Shown here: positions 49,911 through 63,399 of the stretch, in pieces
How the letters are laid out: each line of letters opens with the position of its first letter
Numbering within the stretch: position 1 is the stretch's first letter
Source: Octopus sinensis
Lineage: Eukaryota
Direction of reading: 5' to 3'
Assembly (NCBI RefSeq): GCF_006345805.1
Contig: NC_043006.1
Location: 97,898,001 to 97,962,000 of the forward strand
DNA: 64,000 nt
The notes under the pieces: model-generated
The model's database searches: none
What the model saw: the letters and a program-made list of their open reading frames with translations, nothing else
What the model was told of the DNA's origin: nothing
Made by a program: the position numbers and the translations under genes

Positions 49911-51473
49911 GAGCACATGAATTCATCACCAACTCGAACATGTTACCATCCATACTACTGTCTGCAAGTTAATGTATTAAGGTACTCTACATATAAGGAA
50001 TATCAGCTAAATCCCATGTGCCCTGGAGATGATCAAGAAATAATGAAAAGTAAAATAAGGTACATAACTAAGGAGCATTTTATTGTCTTTGAGGTAATGA
50101 ATACTCAAAGTTAACTAATAGGAGTTTGCTGTGAAAGGGATTCAGAAATCGGGTGGTTTACATTTTATTGTAACTATTGAATGACTCAAATGAATGTAAT
50201 TCTCAGGCGTATGGATTGGCATTGTTCGTTTGTGCTATTAAATATATGGGATCTTTTCTAAAAGATGGACAGAATTTTCTAGTTAAAACAAGTTGAAAAA
50301 AAAATGGATGTCCTGCGAAAGCGGAACGAATATGAACATGTTTGAAAAGTCCAAAAATATCGTTAATATTTTTATTGGGCGACGAAATTCATCGATTTAA
50401 GAGATATAGCTGTTATTTCTAGCACCTGCAGAAGACAGGAGTGATGGATGAATAGCACGTGTGCGTGTGTATGTGTCTGCTGTTTACTTAGACGCAGCAA
50501 ATGAATTTAGGTCAAATGCTGGGATTTCATTGGTTAAAATTCGAAGAATTAAACTATGTAAAAGTTACAAAATACAATTTTCTCAAAAAATCTAGTGAAA
50601 TTAATGTTTTCTTTTGACACATTCTACCAGTATACGAAGTTTCAAATTGTTTAGTTAACTAGAAAATTCTGTCCATCTTTTAGAAAAGATCCAATATATG
50701 TCCTCATTGGAAATGTTTCTGAGCTTCCTTTTATAGTAACACTGTATTTTTGCAGAAATATCTAGGCTGAATGCAGGTTGTAGTTCTATGAATATGTTTA
50801 GAAGAATCCGGAGAATAAGCAATTTGTGAAGGAATAGTTGTTCTATACAAAACATGTAGGTCTTTATTTCATTTAAAATACAAGCTGTCAGATTTAAATT
50901 ATCGATAAGAGACGTTTGTTCGCTTACGCTGGTATTTGTGTGTCTAACAGGAAAATTCTGAATAACAAATGAGAAAGAGAGCAACTAGGAAGTTTGCGTG
51001 CCTGAAACAATCAAAACTTTTGCATTTGACATGAAAAGCAATACTGTTTTCTCTGAAGATGTTTAAATTAAAAAATCATTGGCATGTGGTGCAAGAGAGA
51101 ACGTCTTTAAAATGTGTAGCTTTGTAGAAACTTTCTTGCAGGTCACTATGAAAGGAAAATGTATCAAAGTGGTAAAGAAAAATCCTCATTTTCAAATGTT
51201 TTATTAAAATCTTGTTCTTGCGGTTTAGTCTCAGGACTGCATTGATGCAGCAAATCTTTGATCAAATGTTGCTATAGCTGTGACCATCGGCACGCCAAAG
51301 AAGTAACGTATCTAATACCAAGATATAGAATGTGTCCTTTTCTTAGGATAATAGGGTGGGATTTAGCTGATATTCGTTATATGTAGAGTGCCTTAATATA
51401 TTAACTTGCAGAGAGTAGTATGGATGATAAAATGTTCGAGTTGGTGATGAATTGCGCCTTCCTTCATGTACTG
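49911..51473. mobile_element. Non-autonomous DNA transposon with ~100-bp TIRs
   Basis: 49921-50016 is an inverted copy (roughly 90% by eye) of 51357-51453; right end CTG|TA suggests a Tc1/mariner/pogo-type; left end degenerate. Confidence 0.75.
50247..50694. mobile_element. Tc1/mariner-type MITE nested in the long-TIR element
   Basis: Perfect 38-bp inverted repeat GGATCTTTTCTAAAAGATGGACAGAATTTTCTAGTTAA (50249-50286 / 50655-50692); TA on both flanks. Confidence 0.85.
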
Positions 51474-53037
51474 TAAGCTACATTCGTCGCCTATACAAAG
51501 TCTCTGCAGCAGTACCTGAATGTATGTATATGTATTATTCGGAGGGTGGTATCCGTTTTGTCCTTCTCTATTAGAAATGTATAAAAAGTCCAAACGTGAA
51601 ATAGTCCGCCATGAGAAAGTGAGAAAAACAAAACGTATGATATTTAGAAAAGAACCCTTGTTTAGAAAGAAATGTTATATAAGGGCTCTAAAGGTATCAT
51701 AGGTAAAGCACATTCACTTCCCAGAATTGTCAGATGGAATATTGATTAATTAGCAACATTGCGACTTTTACTCAAAGCAGATGGTGTTGTATATTAGAAG
51801 GCTGTGATGTATGTTACTTTCATTATACAGTGATTAGATGTTGAGAGCCGAAAATTAATGTTTGGATATAAGATTGATTTGGTGGTTAGAAAGAAGTTAA
51901 ATGGCGCAAGCAGAGCCTTTGTTTTGATCGGATATCAGGTTGGTGTGGATAGTGAGTCACTGGAGCAAAGCGTTCTGCTAGACAAATGATTCACTGGATA
52001 TCTGCACCATTGATGCCAGCATCAATATGGTGTTGAGAGCCAAAAGAAGTTAAGTACATTGATGTCAGCAGCATTGATGACATGAAAACATGATAGATCT
52101 TTTATCTTTCCTTGCTCTCGTGGAAATAAAAGAATCCATCAATCTATTTTAGGTACAACAATTTATAGAATGACTCCAATTTTGGGAAATGGCCAAAACA
52201 AACAGAATAGAAAAAGGGAATTGCTAGAATGGTCAGTCAATATGTTGGTGAATGATTTTAGAACATGATATAACAAAAAGTCCGATGTAAACATTCAGAT
52301 TATACGACAAAATCTTTTTGTTGACATTTAAACATTTAAAATAAAGCATAATGACTGGCAAACGTTGCCGACAACATACAATTATTTGAAAGAAGTAAAT
52401 GAAAAGAGCAATCAATTGTTAATGGTTATTCGGAGATGTCTATGGGGGAATTTTAAATACATTGAGAGAAATACAAACTTTCAATTGTCATTGTTTTGTA
52501 AATATCTGAATGACGTTTTCAATCAACACTAACTAGATTTACAATGACGGATTGATTATTTGTAATGTTTTCAACTTCGGAATTAATCAAACAAGAGTTA
52601 AATGCAATCATTAGGGAAATGCTAGCGTTGAGCTTACGTTCTTATTTGGGCGAAAAAACACGGTGAACGAACTCTAGCGCGTATGTTTCTTGGGCTTCAT
52701 AAGCGGGTGTAAAATGTTTTTCTTGCATTATAACGAGCAGCGACTTGCTTGTCATAGAGAAACATAATAAGTACCGAATATAATTGGGAAATTGGATTAA
52801 TTGAGAATTTAATTCCGAAACAAAAACTGATTAGTTAGTTATACCGTTTAAAGAAAACATAGTAGCGTTTTGATTGGGTAGGACGTTTCTTTAGTGAACT
52901 TGTTGCACTGACGACTAAAACCGAGGAACGAAAAGGAATTGGATAGAAAGAAGCTAAAAATAGATGAAGATGAGTGTGAGCAAAAACAAACAAACAATAA
53001 AAACAAACAAAAAAACAAGCTTATCCTAATAATTTAG

Positions 53038-53205
53038 CCACAAGGGCAGCAATCCAGTGTTTCACGGCTACTCAATTTATCGACTCCGAATGGACGAAAG
53101 GCAAAATCGACCTCGGCACAATTTGAACTCAGTTCGCAGCAACAGACGAAATGCTGCGAAGGATTTCGTCCAGAGTACTTATGATTGTGCCTGCTCACCA
53201 CTTAA
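53038..53205 (-). mobile_element. SINE family B, diverged
   Basis: TTTATCGACTCCGAATGGACGAAAGGCAAAATCGACCTCGGC..TTTGAACTCAG. Confidence 0.65.
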
Positions 53206-53210
53206 ATAAT

Positions 53211-53214
53211 GATG

Positions 53215-53268
<54 letters not shown>

Positions 53269-53444
53269 GCAATAACAATAATAATAACAACAACAATAAT
53301 AATAACAACAACAACAACAATAATAATAATAATAATAATAATAGCAATGACAATAATAATAACAACAACAACAACAATAATAATAATAATAATAATAATA
53401 ATAGCAATAACAATAATAATAACAACAACAATAATAATAATAAC

Positions 53445-53489
<45 letters not shown>

Positions 53490-53536
53490 GCAATAACAAT
53501 AATAATAACAACAATAATAATAACAACAACAACAAC

Positions 53537-53576
<40 letters not shown>

Positions 53577-53625
53577 GCAATGACAATAATAATAACAACA
53601 ACAACAACACAACAACAACAACAAC

Positions 53626-53686
<61 letters not shown>

Positions 53687-53712
53687 GCAATAACAATAAT
53701 AATAACAACAAC

Positions 53713-53767
<55 letters not shown>
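53211..53767. repeat. (AAT)/(AAC) compound array with higher-order units
   Basis: AGCAAT(A/G)ACAATAATAATAACAAC recurs about six times within (AAT)n. Confidence 0.92.
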
Positions 53768-55064
53768 GTTATAAGTTACAGCTACAATATCCTTAACTAG
53801 ACACGAAATGAACTGACCAAAATAGACAGGAAAACAAGAAAAATAATGACAGGATCTAGGATGCATCACCCAAAATCTGACATAGAAAGACTATATATAC
53901 AACGTATAGAAGGTGGTAGAGGCCTTATACAGCTGGAAAACTACTATAAAATAACCACCATAGGACTGCAAAAATATCTACTTCAGAAGGAAGGAAAACT
54001 GATCCAGATAGCGGCAAAACACGAGCAAAACAAAAAACTGTTCTCAGTATTTAAGGAAGCTGACAAATACAAACAAGAAATCATACCACCTAATAAATAT
54101 GAAGAAGAAGAAGAAGAAGATGAAGAAACAACAAAAGCTATAAAAAAAGTGATATCCAAACTAAAAATAGAACAGCAACGAACCATGATAAAACGATGGC
54201 AAGAAAAGCCCCTTCATGGTAAATACTGGACTAAACTAAACGCAAAAGAAATAGACAAAGAAAAATCCTAGCAATGGTTGAGAAGCTCAGGACTCAAAGC
54301 AGAAACAGAGGGATTTTTAATTGCAGCACAAGACCAAAGCCTCCCCACCAGAAATTACCAAAAACATGTAATGAAAAGAAATATTACAAGTAACTGCAGA
54401 ATATGTGGAGATGGACAAGAAACAATAAATCATATTATCTGTAGCTGCCCAGTCCTGGCTAAGAAGGAATATATTCACAGACATGACAGAGTTGGAACTT
54501 ACATACATTGGAAGCTATGCCAACATTATGGAATAACAACAGAAAAAATATGGTATAGGCACACACCAGAAAAGGTCACAGAAAACGAGAAAGCAACCAT
54601 ACTCTGGGATATGCCGATACACACAGATAGAGAAATTAAGGCCAACAGACCAGATATAGTTGTCAGAGACCATGAAGAAAAAAAATGCTTTCTAATTGAT
54701 GTATCAATACCGGCAGATGACAACGTGTCTCTAAAAGAAATGGAGAAACTTTCAAAATACAAAGACCTGGAAATAGAGGTAACTAGAATGTGGAATCTGA
54801 AAACAGAAACAATTCCTATCATAGTAGGTGCATTAGGCATGATAAAAAAATATTCAGACAAATACATAACAAAAACACCAGGACTTACAAACACATATAA
54901 CATACAGAAAATTACACTACTAGGCACTGCACACATCCTACGCAGAACACTTTCCATACAATAAACATCAGAGCATCACAACAAATCACAGCACATGCCC
55001 AAGGCACACAGAGCTGCGCTCGGTAGTGAAGTGAAAGCACGCTATAAAAATAAAAATAAAACTA

Positions 55065-55067
<3 letters not shown>
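53768..55067 (+). mobile_element. 5'-truncated R4/Dong-clade non-LTR retrotransposon (RLE type) inserted in (TAA)n
   Basis: One frame 53768-54964 with two TAG stops: HPKSDIERLY..GGRGL, WL..GL.AETEGFLIAAQDQ, zinc knuckle CRICGDGQETINHIICSC, RHD, PDIV..DVSIP..K..KY..L endonuclease; (AAT)n on both sides. Confidence 0.92.
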
Positions 55068-55099
<32 letters not shown>

Positions 55100-56430
55100 G
55101 TACCGAAGGAGAGGAAAACAGTCTAGGGTTGTATATAAAAAATGCCGTGGAGCCATTGTTGAAACACACGAAGTCCGGCGTCATCAAAACTAAAAAATGT
55201 GTAACTAAATAAAAAAGACGAGGTTTGAGTAAACCCAAGAAGGAGTCAAGAAGATGAGAATTGCAAAATCTTGTGGTATGCAATGATCCAGTGCGATCAT
55301 CCAAGTAAACATCGGAAATCGGACATTATTGTGGTGAATAAAAAAAAAACAGAACATGTATGATAGATGAGGCAACTACAAAAGAGCAACATCTCTGATC
55401 TCACATTTTAAATTCGTTCACCACACGAATGAAAGTAGCGCTGTCAAGCTTCGACAAGTTTCTATAATTCTCCCCTATCGGAACGTCCTTCAGAAAATGT
55501 CTAACTAGTTGATTTTCGTTGATAATCAGCGTCTTCGTAAGAATGGCAATCACTCTTTTCTCTTACTTATTGTCTATAGATTTCTATAGAAGGGACATCC
55601 TGATACAGGGCGATGAATATGTGATGACATTCTCGATGTTATGCGTCCTGTTTTGATATTTGCTTCATGCAAGGCCACAACACCATCCTGGAGACGATGT
55701 GTAGAAAGACGTGCATCACGAATGGTAACGCGTATGGGAATAGAAATAGAACATTGTGAGCAAGATTTACAGGTATTCATACCCATTTCTAGTCACACAC
55801 AGTTACTAAGAACATCTAAAATGTCTGTTGCCATTCATACCAAATGCGTTTAGCTTACGTTATTATTTTGCGGTGAACGATTGCTTCATAAGCGGGTGTA
55901 AAATTTACTTCTTGGATTATAACGAGCAGCAACTAGCTTGTTATAGAGAAATATAATAAATATCGAATGTAACTGGGAAGTTAGAATATACCAAACACTA
56001 ACAACTTACCATGAGAATTGTCCGAAACTTAAGTTCTAAGAATTTCCGGAATAAAACTTCAATTATGTGGCCGATCATATGCTTAGGAACCCTATCGAAT
56101 GCAACAGAAGCAATATTGTTAGAGGTGGTGTGGAAAAGACGATAGAACTACTACTTCTTGTAATGGTTTCGAAGGCGATGTTGTTGTTGTTGCTCTGCTT
56201 GTTAATAAATGAAGTGAATGAAATGTATCACGTTGTGTTGTATTATATGAATATATTTCTGTAGTGTCTTTCTCAATTTCATTCTCCAAACCTTCAATCA
56301 CATCTCAACATCCTCTAACCCAAGGTCGTTGGCTATGACTCGGTATCTGATTGTATCAAAGAAGCAGATTGAAAGGAAAATAATAATTATAATGATAGTA
56401 GTTTTAGAGTTTTAGAATGAAAAAAAGAAC

Positions 56431-56478
<48 letters not shown>

Positions 56479-57720
56479 ATGACGATAATGATGGAGGAGG
56501 GAAAGCTACTGCTGGCAAGCCCCACGAACTCCGGACATAGAACCTCTAACAACTCCTGTAGGACTCAGCATGTGTCACTCATAATTCGCTATATTTGACA
56601 AAAATTCGAATCAGGTGAAAATCAGATCAATCATTCACTTGATAATTATATTGTTTATTCAGTAAATTCTATATCTCTCTGCGTGATGATATTAAGAATA
56701 CTTGGATGATAACCTATACATTATAGGTTAACAGATACAAAATTTTTCAAAATTGTCCTTCCATTATAAATTATTTAAGCTTTTCAAATATATGCATAAG
56801 TGTGTACATTGACTGTAAATATATTATAGAGAAAAATCAATCTTTCACTAATTGAAGTTTTGGCAGCATCTATCGCATGACCATAATTATAGAATATTTT
56901 TAACCTGAAAGGAACAGAGTTCATTTAGCTGTGAATACGTACTAACCAACACTATAAAACACACGTTAACTGTCCCTCAAATCACACCCTCAAACAAATC
57001 TAGTTTTTTATAATCCTCAGAATGAAGGAATGGGTTTGGTTGCTGTATATTTTTATCCTAAGTTTTCTAGATCAGTGCTAACTTAACATTAATCAAGAGT
57101 CGTTTGACTTAAATTAAATGTTTTTTGTCACCCACACACATTCAAAACAACAAATTTACGTTGATATGTTTGTGAGATGAAAACACCATAATTGATAAAA
57201 TGATAAAATGTGCATACCTCTGAAATATGAAAATGTTGATTGTTGTATTATTAAATAGTTCTGAAATCCAGTGGGATAGAAATCTAAAGTAGTTACTCGT
57301 CTTCTTATAAATAACAGCTTTCAAAACATTCTGCCGTTCTATACAGGTCGCAGTACATTAGGTGTTTCTAGATTCCCTTTCTGAGAACGGTCAAAGCTGA
57401 AAGGCCTCTGATCAAAGCTGAGAACAATTAATACTAATGCGAAAGAAGATTACAGAGACGACGGTAATAACAACAACAACGACAACGACAACAGCTAGTT
57501 TCCTGTTAACATTATTGTTAATCACACATACCTTAATATTTGGAAGACATAGAAAACTCTAGAATCTTTGAAGCAAACACAAGATTTTACCAAAAGTTCT
57601 ATGAAGCAACGTATTCATAAAAGCCATTGCAAGGATTGGGTCACAAATGACAACGATGTTACTTTTAATGAGGTGACAACTTGTAACAATGTTAACATGG
57701 ATACATATGTATGTTTAGGA

Positions 57721-58102
57721 GGAGCACACCGTCGGTTACGACGACGAGGGTTCCGGTTGATCCGATCAACGGAACAGCCTGCTCGTGAAATTAACGTGTA
57801 AGTGGCTGAGCACTTCACAGACACGTGCACCCTTAACGTAGTTCTCGGGGATATTCAGCGTGACACAGAGAGTGACAAGGCCGGCCATTTGAAATACAGG
57901 TACAACAGAAACAGGAAGTAAGAGTGAGAGAAAGCTGTGGTGAAAGAGTACAGCAGGGATCACCACCATCCCCTGCCGGAGCTTCGTGGAGCTTTAGGTG
58001 TTTTCGCTCAATAAACACTCACAACGCCCGGTCTGGGAATCGAAACCGCGATCCTACGACCGCGATTCCGCTGCCCTAACCACTGGGCCATTGCGCCTCC
58101 AC
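57721..58102 (-). mobile_element. SINE family C, tail type 2
   Basis: Same tRNA-like head and body as 44265-44436, different ~195-bp 3' part. Confidence 0.8.
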
Positions 58103-58228
58103 ACATATGTATGTACGCACATACGAACGCATGAAAGCAAACATGGGTAGATACTACACATATACAGGCATATTTGTGTGTGTGTGTGTGTGTGTGCGTG
58201 TGTATGTGTATTCATGTTTATACTCACA

Positions 58229-59108
58229 CAGGCTGCGAGGGTAAATTGTCGGGATTAGATATTTTAAATTTCGCGCATATGCATTGTTTGTTTTTGATTT
58301 TGTCGACTACACAGTTTAGTAGGGTCAGTTGGGGACGGTCTGCGAGAAAAAAACAACGCCATGACGTTATTCATTCTGCCAGAAATTTGGAAACGGTATG
58401 TACTGCTTGTCATTCACGCTGGAAACTCCAATATGAACATATGGCGAACACATAGAACAACCACCGGTTTACCGTTTCGCCAAAATATGTACCGAGATTG
58501 ATAAAAATCAAACATCCAGTGAATATCATAATGCTTTGAGTGATCATTAATGATGACGATGTTATGCCTTCATTCATCTTCCAAAACCGCCTCAGATTCA
58601 ACACGGAGGTCTACATCAAGTGCCTGGAGAGCTAGTGCAGGCCCGAATCAAGAGAATGGCTGCCGGAAGACCCTATGTCTGACAACAGGACTCTGCATCA
58701 TGCCACGCTAGCAGAGGAAACCAGTGATAGCTGTCAACAATTTCTGTGACCACATCACGCCTAACATCTGGCTACCTAATTGTCCAGAGTGCAATCTCCT
58801 TGATTATAAGGTGTGGTGTACAGTTGAGCGAGAGACCAACAAAACTCCTTGTAACCCCAAAGATGAACTTAAGGCAGGTATTATGGCAGCATTCACCAAT
58901 TTAAACAAGGAGACCGTCCAAAAGGGTTGTAGGAGATTCCGAAGTTATCTGGAGGCCGTGGTAGAAGCCAATGGCGATTTTATGGAATAAAGTTACTCTT
59001 TAGTATTTCAAGATATTTTAATGTAATTTTGGTAAATATATCTGTTAAAATGAAATGTCTGTGTTATTTTCATTTTTGTGTAATATAGACTACAATATAT
59101 TCACTGCA

Positions 59109-59112
<4 letters not shown>
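58229..59112 (+). mobile_element. Internally deleted maT/Bmmar1-like (DD37D) Tc1/mariner relic
   Basis: KHPVNI..DDVMPSFIF..QQDSASCH..W.PNCPECNLLDY.VW..LEAVVEANG; 37 residues between the second and third Asp when one frameshift is allowed; degenerate TIRs. Confidence 0.8.
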
Positions 59113-59147
<35 letters not shown>

Positions 59148-59149
<2 letters not shown>

Positions 59150-59311
59150 AATTAAGGACTGGACACGAAAAGTGGACAGTCACATGCTAGATATAGACGT
59201 CAAATCTGTGATGAGTTTGATTTGAGAACATAATTTTTTGTGGAGAATGGCGATTTGACATCTATATCTAGCATGTTGACTGTCCATTTTTCGTGTCCAG
59301 TCCTTAATTGG
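59148..59311. mobile_element. 164-bp near-perfect palindromic MITE within (TA)n
   Basis: Arms 59148-59206 and 59252-59311 differ by 2 substitutions and 1 indel; 45-bp spacer; TA flanks. Confidence 0.85.
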
Positions 59312-59404
59312 TATATATAAATATTTAATCTTCGGATTCTTTTTTTAATATGCTAGACCACTGGTTTTAATTGATAAATATTGATTTCTACCCTTAATTA
59401 ATTT

Positions 59405-59751
<347 letters not shown>

Positions 59752-60501
59752 CCACATATATGATAACTTTATCTACTTTGTTATTGTTATTGCATTTGAC
59801 CCGTCTGTCTTTTCACAATTTATTTAAATTTTATTGTTTATTATTTTTTGATAGTTTTGTTTCGTCTCAACATAAGAAAAGTAAAGTCCCTAGCGGACTC
59901 ACAATGCGAGAACGCATTTTTGATACAGGTCTGAAAAAGTGCCACTCTGATGTTTCAAACCGCAAATTTTATGTAAAGTTTCATTTGGAACAATTGCGTA
60001 AAAATGCATTGAATACAGATTTCGTGTGGAAACAATTGTAACTGGTCATTAGAAATGTGATAAAATCTTTCTCAGTCTTAAATTCTTGTTTATATATGTA
60101 TGTATGTATGCATGCATGTATGTATGTATGTATGCATGTATGTATGTATGTATGTATGTATGTATGTATGTATGTATGTATGTATGTATGTATGTTTGTA
60201 TGTATGTATGTATGCATGTGCACGTTCGCTTCTGTTTATAACTTTTTTAATTGTTCCTCCCTGGAAGGAGCTAATTCCTAACAAATTCTCAAAGCTCTGT
60301 CTTTGCAATGTAGATAACGTAAACAATGTCACATTTTAAACACGAGAAAGATCTTGGATATTATTATTGTTCGCTTACACATTGTATTTGTAAAGTGAGA
60401 GTTTGCTGGTTGATTTCGTGTTCTAGAAATCCAAGCTTATCCAAACTATCAGTTAGGCATTTACTTACAACATCATGTCGGCCTATTATTATTGGTATAT
60501 A

Positions 60502-60716
60502 TACTCTTTACTCTTTACTCTTTTACTTGTTTCAGTCAGTTGACTGCGGCCATGCTGGAGCACCGCCTTTAGTCGAGCAAATCGACCCCGGGACTTATTC
60601 TTTGTAAGCCCAGTACTTATTCTATCGGTCTTTTTTGCCGAACCGCTAAGTGACGGGGACGTAAACACACACCAGCATCGGTTGTCAAGCAATGCTAGGA
60701 GGACATAGACACACAA

Positions 60717-60757
<41 letters not shown>

Positions 60758-60915
60758 ACAGGCGTCTTTCAGTTTCCGTCTACCAAATCCACTCACAAGG
60801 CATTGGTCGGCCCGGGGCTATAGCAGAAGACATTTGCCCAAGATGCCACGCAGTGGGATTGAACCCAGAACCATGTGGTTGGTTAGCAAGCTACTTACAC
60901 AGCCACTCCTGCGCC
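60502..60915 (-). mobile_element. SINE family A, full length
   Basis: Head, core, internal microsatellite and tail in reverse complement. Confidence 0.9.
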
Positions 60916-60924
60916 TGTATGTAA

Positions 60925-62175
60925 ATATTTTATCTAGATATAGAAGCTGGAGGTTTCAAAACATCTGTCCATAGCTATTCTATTCTCCTTTCATTTTCAA
61001 AGGGATAGTCTAATCAGCAGGAGAACAGACATCTATGAAGGGACATTCAATTTAATTTCGTCTATCCCAAGCCACAATATGCGGTTTTTTGTTTTGCTTA
61101 TTTTGACAGCCATTTTGATGGGAATATTCCAATATACTTTGTGTTCATGTTTTTGTACGTATCCAATAACTCAGGGATTTTCTATATTTACTCCAGGAAA
61201 GTCTTTTTTACGAATGACATTGTATGTTGTTTTTGCGACAATTTCGTGTCGCATTGGGGAGTAGTACGTTGATGACATTTCTGGGCATTTGCTAAACACA
61301 TGTGTGATGCCTTCCACAGAAATATGACATAATTACATTTTTAATTGCATGCTAGGGCTCCAAGGGCTTCCCTGTCTTTTTTGTTGATTTGGTATTTAGT
61401 AGTAAACTCCTGTTCTTGGATTGCAAATGCATAGCCCTAGAATTGTGATAAGATATGGCAATCACGAGTCCACATGAAGCTTCGTGTCATCTCAATATTA
61501 CTATCTTCTACTAATCTTCGGGAAACATGCAAATGCATATATGTTTTTAAGATACTGAGTGTTTCACAACCAGGTCTTCTTTGATGCATGTTAATCCGGC
61601 TGTTTTGAAGTTCTTGGAGGTCATTAGCGAAAACGTGCTTCAAGAGCAGATCGCTGCTGGCACGTAGGATATTGTTCTCTTCACTTTTGAGTACTACGTT
61701 TTATTTTTGGTGTAGTCGTTTCAGGAAGTGGTATCTGTGAGAGAACATACGACATACATAGGCTGTTTGTACTGATCCCAAACCTCTACTTCCATTGTCT
61801 CTTCTTCAGTGCAGCCTGTCGATATCATAAGTTTTGAGGAGAATCTGCAGCATATGTCAGTATCTTGCTGGTTTTGACGTCTGTGGAGTGGATTTCATTT
61901 ACAGACCAGTCCAGATCCAAACGTTGGAATCAGTACCGGTAAAGCAAATGCATTCTGAGGTATTATTTTGTTGCAAGAGATGAGTTCCGACTGCCATAAT
62001 ATTATGGCTGGCATAATATTCCCGGGTCACTCTACCTTTATTCGCATTTCTTTCGTATACGTTTTCATCAATACCTAAGAACTTGCAGAATTCTTTCTGT
62101 GGGAAAGAGGAGAAAGTGCGATCACCGATGCACCGGTTTTCGGTCTGTGAGATTGATTTTTCCCGTTCACCAATC
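60925..62175 (-). pseudogene. Degenerate R4-clade (RLE) retrotransposon relic
   Basis: CKFLGIDEN..NKII..NAFALPVLIPTFG..DW..DVKT.KIL..DIDRL..GSRGL; ITHVFSKCP..YY.PMRHEIVAK..WNIPIK..PHIVAWD..IDVCSPAD; many stops and frameshifts. Confidence 0.7.
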
Positions 62176-63399
62176 AAATATTAACATTTCTTTTGGGCAA
62201 ACCCAATCCCTATGTCAGCTGAAAATGTTATAAATACCAACTGTTTTTTTTTTTTTTGGCATTATAACGATATAGAATATGAAAACTTGTTCATTCTGAA
62301 AATTTACAATTCTATATACCATATCTTTATGTTTATTTCTGTGAGCCACCAAGATATCCGTTCGGAAAAGGTATGCTGCTATATTCCCATGAACACACAC
62401 ACACGCACACACACACACACATACACACATACACACACACACACACAAACACACACACAAACACACACACAAACACACACACACACACACATACAGTATT
62501 TCTTCTATTGTATTGTCTTCTGCCGAGCCGTTAAGTTACCAAGAGAGAATCTAACATCAGACGTCAAGTAGTAAAAGACAAGAACAATCACACACATACA
62601 TGCACACGCACAGACACACAGATTCACACACGAGCTTATGAGTGTAATTATATTTTACAAATATATATGTAATTACATTTATGTATGTAAGTTAATATAG
62701 GCACACATACATATATATTTATATTACATACACATGAAGATATATGTATGTATGTATGTATGATTATCTCCAATTCATTAAAACGAATATTCTTGGAGTC
62801 AGTCTCTACTTATGTATACTTTTGGTTTAATTACACCAGCTGCTGCTTTTCCTAATCTTATGAAGTATATAATTTCCAATCAAAACAATTTTTTATTGAT
62901 TCATCAATTCAGTTAATACCATTTTAAAATTTCTTATAAAATTGTTCAAAGGTCAATGAGTATTTTTGCTCGAAATAATAATAATAATGATAAATCTAAT
63001 TCATTTAGTTCTTATCTTCCTAAGATTTTTGTTATTTCTAGATTTGCTAATAATCTCTTGAGTTTGCCATGAGGTAGGAATTCCCACACCCTCACATGTC
63101 TGCATAGGCAGGTGAGATAGATGGTGTCAGTGTTAGTCTGGAGACTTTGTAATTTGATTTATTTAAACAAAACAAGAAAGGGTAATTATCATCGAGGTAG
63201 AATAGAAAAAAATCGTTTTGTATGCCAGAGGCTGGTGAGTGTGAGGAAGCATGTGACAGTCGGGTGAACCTACTTGGAATGCAGCCAAAGATGTATGGAG
63301 GAGAAGCAGTGGGGACAGCGTCGTAGACACTGGGTCTGAAACGAACTTTAGTAATCAATTATTGGGGTCCTAAATAGTTTCAGATCTAGAAGGATAGGA

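Noticed and set aside
51412-51472. Apparent plus-strand exon (SSMDDKMFELVMNCAFLHV) with AG/GT
   Set aside because: Lies within the right TIR of the 49911-51473 element; mirrored at 49921-49953.
53151-53869. PolyN/L/Y/I ORFs
   Set aside because: (AAT)/(AAC) microsatellite artefacts; the same applies to the YIYI, HTHT, CVCV, polyE and polyT ORFs throughout.
58030-58102. tRNA-like sequence with A and B boxes
   Set aside because: Head of SINE family C continuing into the SINE body; not a standalone tRNA gene. The same holds for family A and B heads.
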